Positions 60,601 to 64,000 of a stretch of 64,000 bases of DNA are shown piece by piece; positions within the stretch are counted from its first letter, which is position 1; each line of letters opens with the position of its first letter. The notes below the pieces were generated by a model. The model saw only the letters and a list, made by a program, of their open reading frames with translations. It had not been told where the DNA came from and searched no databases. The position numbers were made by a program, and so were the translations under genes. Source of the DNA: Scenedesmus sp. PABB004 (lineage: Eukaryota); the NCBI GenBank assembly GCA_014905635.1, contig CM026547.1:4526001-4590000 (forward strand). Reading direction: 5' to 3'.

Positions 60601-63406
60601 TCGTCGCCTGCGCGGCGTGCGGCCGCCGCACGACGCGCGGTGAGCCCACGGGCGCGCGGGCAAGCAGCAGGCGCGCGCGCGCGCAGACGGTAGAGGCGCG
60701 CGGCGGCGCGCGGCGGCCGGCGCGGCCGCGCGGCGCGCACCGAGGCCGAGCGCGCGCATGCTCGCGGCGACGAGGCCGCCGGGCGTGTCGAGCCGCTCCT
60801 CGACCTCCCCTGGGATGCCCTTGGCGGTGAAGAACACGACCGGGATGGACTCCATGACCGCGGCCTGCGGGGCGGACAGACAGACAGACAGCACAGCGCG
60901 TCGGCGCCGGCGACCGAGTCAGCTGCGAACATCAGGTGCGCTCGCCCGACCGCGTGCGCGCGGCCGCGCGCGGGCGTGCAAGCTGGGGGCGCGTGAGCTG
61001 CGGGGCGCCCGCGGCCCGCGCGGCGCACCTGGCCGCCGGGCGGCGCGCCGACCTCCTTGGGCACCGCGCGCCGCCGCACGACGCAGGCGGGCCACCAGTC
61101 GTGGCCCTCGACCTTGGCCCACACCACGCGCCCCGGGCGCAGCGCGGATCGCGGGTACGCCGGCGCAGCCGGCGCCGGCCACATCGCGTGCTGCTGCGCT
61201 GCCGCGGCGTGCAGCAGCTCCAGCTCGGCGGGGCTCATGTGCTGCGCCTGCTGCGCCATGAGGTGCGCCAGCGCAGCCTGGCGCGGCGGGGCGGGCGGGG
61301 AGGGCGGCGTCAGCGCTGGGCGCCGGGCGCGGCGGCACGCCGTGCCCCCGCGGCGCGGGCGGGCCGCGCGGCGCGCTCACCCCGTCGTGCGCGCCGGGCG
61401 CCGCGCCGCGGTAGTCGGCCGACGGGTCCAGGTCCATGCCCATGCCCAGCAGCGCCTCGGCGGCCTCGCCGAGGTCGGCCCCGGCGCCGTGACCGCCGGC
61501 CCCGCCACGGCCGCCGCCGCGGCTGCTGTGGTGGTCGCCGCGCGGCGCCTCGGCCGCAAACGCCGCCGCGACGGCCGCCGCCGCGCCGGCGGGGCCGTCG
61601 GGCAGCTCATCCAGCAGGTCGCGCGGCGTGGCGCTGTTGCCGCGGCTGCCGCGCCCGCCGCCGCGGCGGCCGGCGCTGGGCCAGCGGCTGCTGCTCGCGC
61701 CGCGCGGGCGCGCGCGGCCGCGCGCCGCGCCGCCGGCCGCCGGGTCGCGGTCGTCGCCCGGCTCGTCGCCGGGCGAGCTGCCGCGCGCGCGGCGGGGCTG
61801 GCCGCCGCCGCCGGGGCTGGCCGCCGCCGCCGCGTTCTGGCGCCGGCTGCGCGGCCGCGAGCGGCTGCGGCCGCGCGCCGCCTCGCCCTCGTAGTCGCCG
61901 TCGCCCGCCGCGCCGGGGTCGTCAGCGGCCTCGCCGTCAGAGTCGCTGCGCGCAGCGGCGGCGGCGGCGCACGCGTGAGCGGCGGCGGGCGCGCGGGCGG
62001 CGCAGCCGCGGCGGCCCCACAGCCCGCTCACCCGTCGCCGGGCGCGCGCGGCGCGCCGGCCGCCGCGCCGGCCGCGGCGCTCGCGGCAGCGGCGCCCGCC
62101 GCCGCGGCCGCGGCCGCGGCGGCCTCCGCGTGGGCCAGCTCCTCCTCGTCCACCTGCCCGGGCGGCGCGGCGCGGCGCCGCACGCGTGGGCGTCGAGCGC
62201 CGCGCGCGCCGGCGCCGGCGCGCGGCGGCGCGCCCAAGGGCGCGGGCGCGGCGCCGCACCTGGCCCGCCAGGATCGCGTCGATCTCGGCGTTGCTCAGCG
62301 TCTGCGGCACGTCGCAGCTCGCGGCGGCGCCGTCCCAGGCGTTGTCCTTGCAGGACCAGTCGTCGGTGAACGTGTCGTCCCCGAGCGCGTACGGCACCTT
62401 GCGCCACTTGCTGCACGCCGCGCACTGCACCCACTTTTGCAGCTCGCGCCGCGGCGCGGCGCCGAGGGCGGCGGCCTCCGGCCCGCCGGGGCCGGCCGCG
62501 CCGGCCGGCGCGGCGTGCGCGCCGCCGGGCGCGGGCGCGGCCTCCGGCGCCGCTGCCTCGGGCGCCACCGCCGGGGGCCGGCGGGCGCCGCCTCGTGCTG
62601 CGCCGGCGGCGCCGGCGCGGGCGCCGCCTCGGCGGCAGCTGCGCCGCCAGCGTCGGCCTCGGCCGCCGGCGCCGGCGCCTCCCCCACTGCCGGCGGCGCC
62701 TCGGGGGGCAGCGCCTCTGTGGGCGGCGCCTCCGCTGCCTGCTGGTCAGCGCCGCCGCTGGCAGGCGCCGCCGCCGGCTCTGCCGCGGCCGCCGCCGGCT
62801 CCGCTGCGGCCGCCGCCGGCTCGCCGAGCGGCGCGGGCGCCACTGCCGGCGCCTCCTCCTTGTCTGGCGCCGCCTTGGTGTCGCTGAGCGCCGCGGGGTG
62901 CTGCTGCTGCTGCTGCTGCTGCTCCTGCTTCACCGCGGCGAGCGCCTCCTCCCTGCGTGGCGCCGGGCGGCGGCGGCGGCGGCGGCGCCCGGTGAGCGAG
63001 GAGGTGGGGCCTTGGCAGGCGCCGGCGCGGCGCTGCGGTCACACTGCCGCAGCGGCGCGCACCGCTCGGGCCCGGGCGCGGCGTCCGCCGGCCCAGGCTC
63101 GACGTCCATCGGCACGTCGCCGGCGCCGCTCGGCAGCGGCGCTGCCGCCGGCGCCGGCGGCGCGGCCGCTGCGTCGGTCATGGTTGCATCCTGCGCGTCA
63201 GCCGGCGTCCGCGGCGGCCGTGGGCGCGGCGCTGGGCGGGAGGCCAGGCCGCCCGGCAGCTGCGCAGCTCCCGCTTGAACTGGGGCCGCCTCCCGGGGCG
63301 CGAGCGCTGCCGGCGGCGGCGCGTGCGGGCGCACCTCCTCGAGCGCACTCATCGGGCGCCGCACCACATCCAGGGGCGCCCCGTCCTGCGCGCGGGCGCG
63401 GGCCAT
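51618..63406 (-). CDS. Large CHD3-derived chromatin protein: CW zinc finger, PWWP, double chromodomain, degenerate SNF2 helicase, MOM1 CMM1/CMM2-like regions, Gln/Ala tail
   Basis: WVQCAACSKWRKV..WSC..C (CW); VVWAKVEGHDWWP (PWWP); YFVKWAGRAHIHNEWL and VLVKWHGQGYDACTWE (chromo); LADEQGLGKT; LTKLCQHPF; ASGKLQLLDAML; FESDWHPRLDLQALHRAHR; SVEERLLQLA. Start codon tentative. Confidence 0.85.
54331..54428. repeat. Intronic 10-bp tandem repeat (GYGAGCGCGG) x ~10
   Basis: Read directly inside intron 54298-54489. Confidence 0.8.
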
Positions 63407-64000
63407 CGCAGCAGGCTCAGCCCCCGGGCGCGGGCGGCACTGCGGGCGCGCCAGGGCACGCCCACTGGCCGGTGCATGCGCCCACGGGGCATGCGGGCGC
63501 CCAGGGCGCGGCGCAGGCGCGGGGGCCGGGCCATGTTGTGGGGCCACCGCGCGCACCGCCAGGCGCGCCCGCGCGCCGGCAGCGACCCGATCCATCGCCG
63601 GCCGTGCCCCCGGCGCGGCGCCGGCGCGCAGGGGCTCACCAGCGCGTGCGTTCGAAGCCGCTCTGCTGCTGGCACGCCCGGGAGCGCGCGCCGCTTGTTC
63701 ACGGGGTTCCTAGCTCTCCCCACAGCGTCACTGGACGGCCATGGGGCGGCAGGGGCGCGTGGCGGGGGCGCAGAAGGCACGCAATCGATCAGGCTCGAAC
63801 GGCCGCGCTGCGGCGCCTGCACGCGCTGCCACGACGCCGGGGGCAGCTCGCCGATCTGCGGCGCTCCACTCTCAGCGGCGGGAGGCGCTGGATCGTCCGG
63901 CCACGGCGGGCCGCTTGTTATGCCACACTCGGGCGCGGGGCGCACTGCCGGCCGTCCCGCCCGCGCCGCGCTGGCCGCCCCCACCACGGCGCAGGGCCGG

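Overview
Nuclear DNA from a green alga, most likely Sphaeropleales (Scenedesmaceae/Selenastraceae-like). It is extremely GC-rich (about 80% by eye), gene-dense and full of short introns with GTGCG/GTGAG donors, CGCAG acceptors and TGTAA poly(A) signals. Most long six-frame ORFs are GC artefacts or exon-plus-intron read-throughs, so I rebuilt the genes by splicing them manually. About 20 protein-coding genes are present, in order: peroxisomal LACS (truncated at the left edge), RIO2, a His-rich beta-propeller protein, a TMEM144-like protein, a small TM ORF, NSA2, an LCAT/PLA2G15-like enzyme, CHLI2, a DUF3783 protein, a plastid hypothetical protein, a DENN protein, SBP factor 1, PI-PLC, MIP18/AE7, a cytochrome P450, SBP factor 2, a PP4R4-like HEAT protein, a secreted acidic repeat protein, RPL7A and a large CHD3-derived chromatin protein. 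Three observations stand out. (1) The CHD3-derived gene has a dead Walker B and C-terminal segments resembling MOM1 CMM1/CMM2, making it a candidate chlorophyte MOM1. (2) The intron-rich beta-propeller gene looks bacterial and has His motifs recalling the CuZ ligands of nitrous-oxide reductase, but no CuA domain. (3) GC-AG introns are unusually frequent. All family assignments come from motif recognition; no database searches were run.
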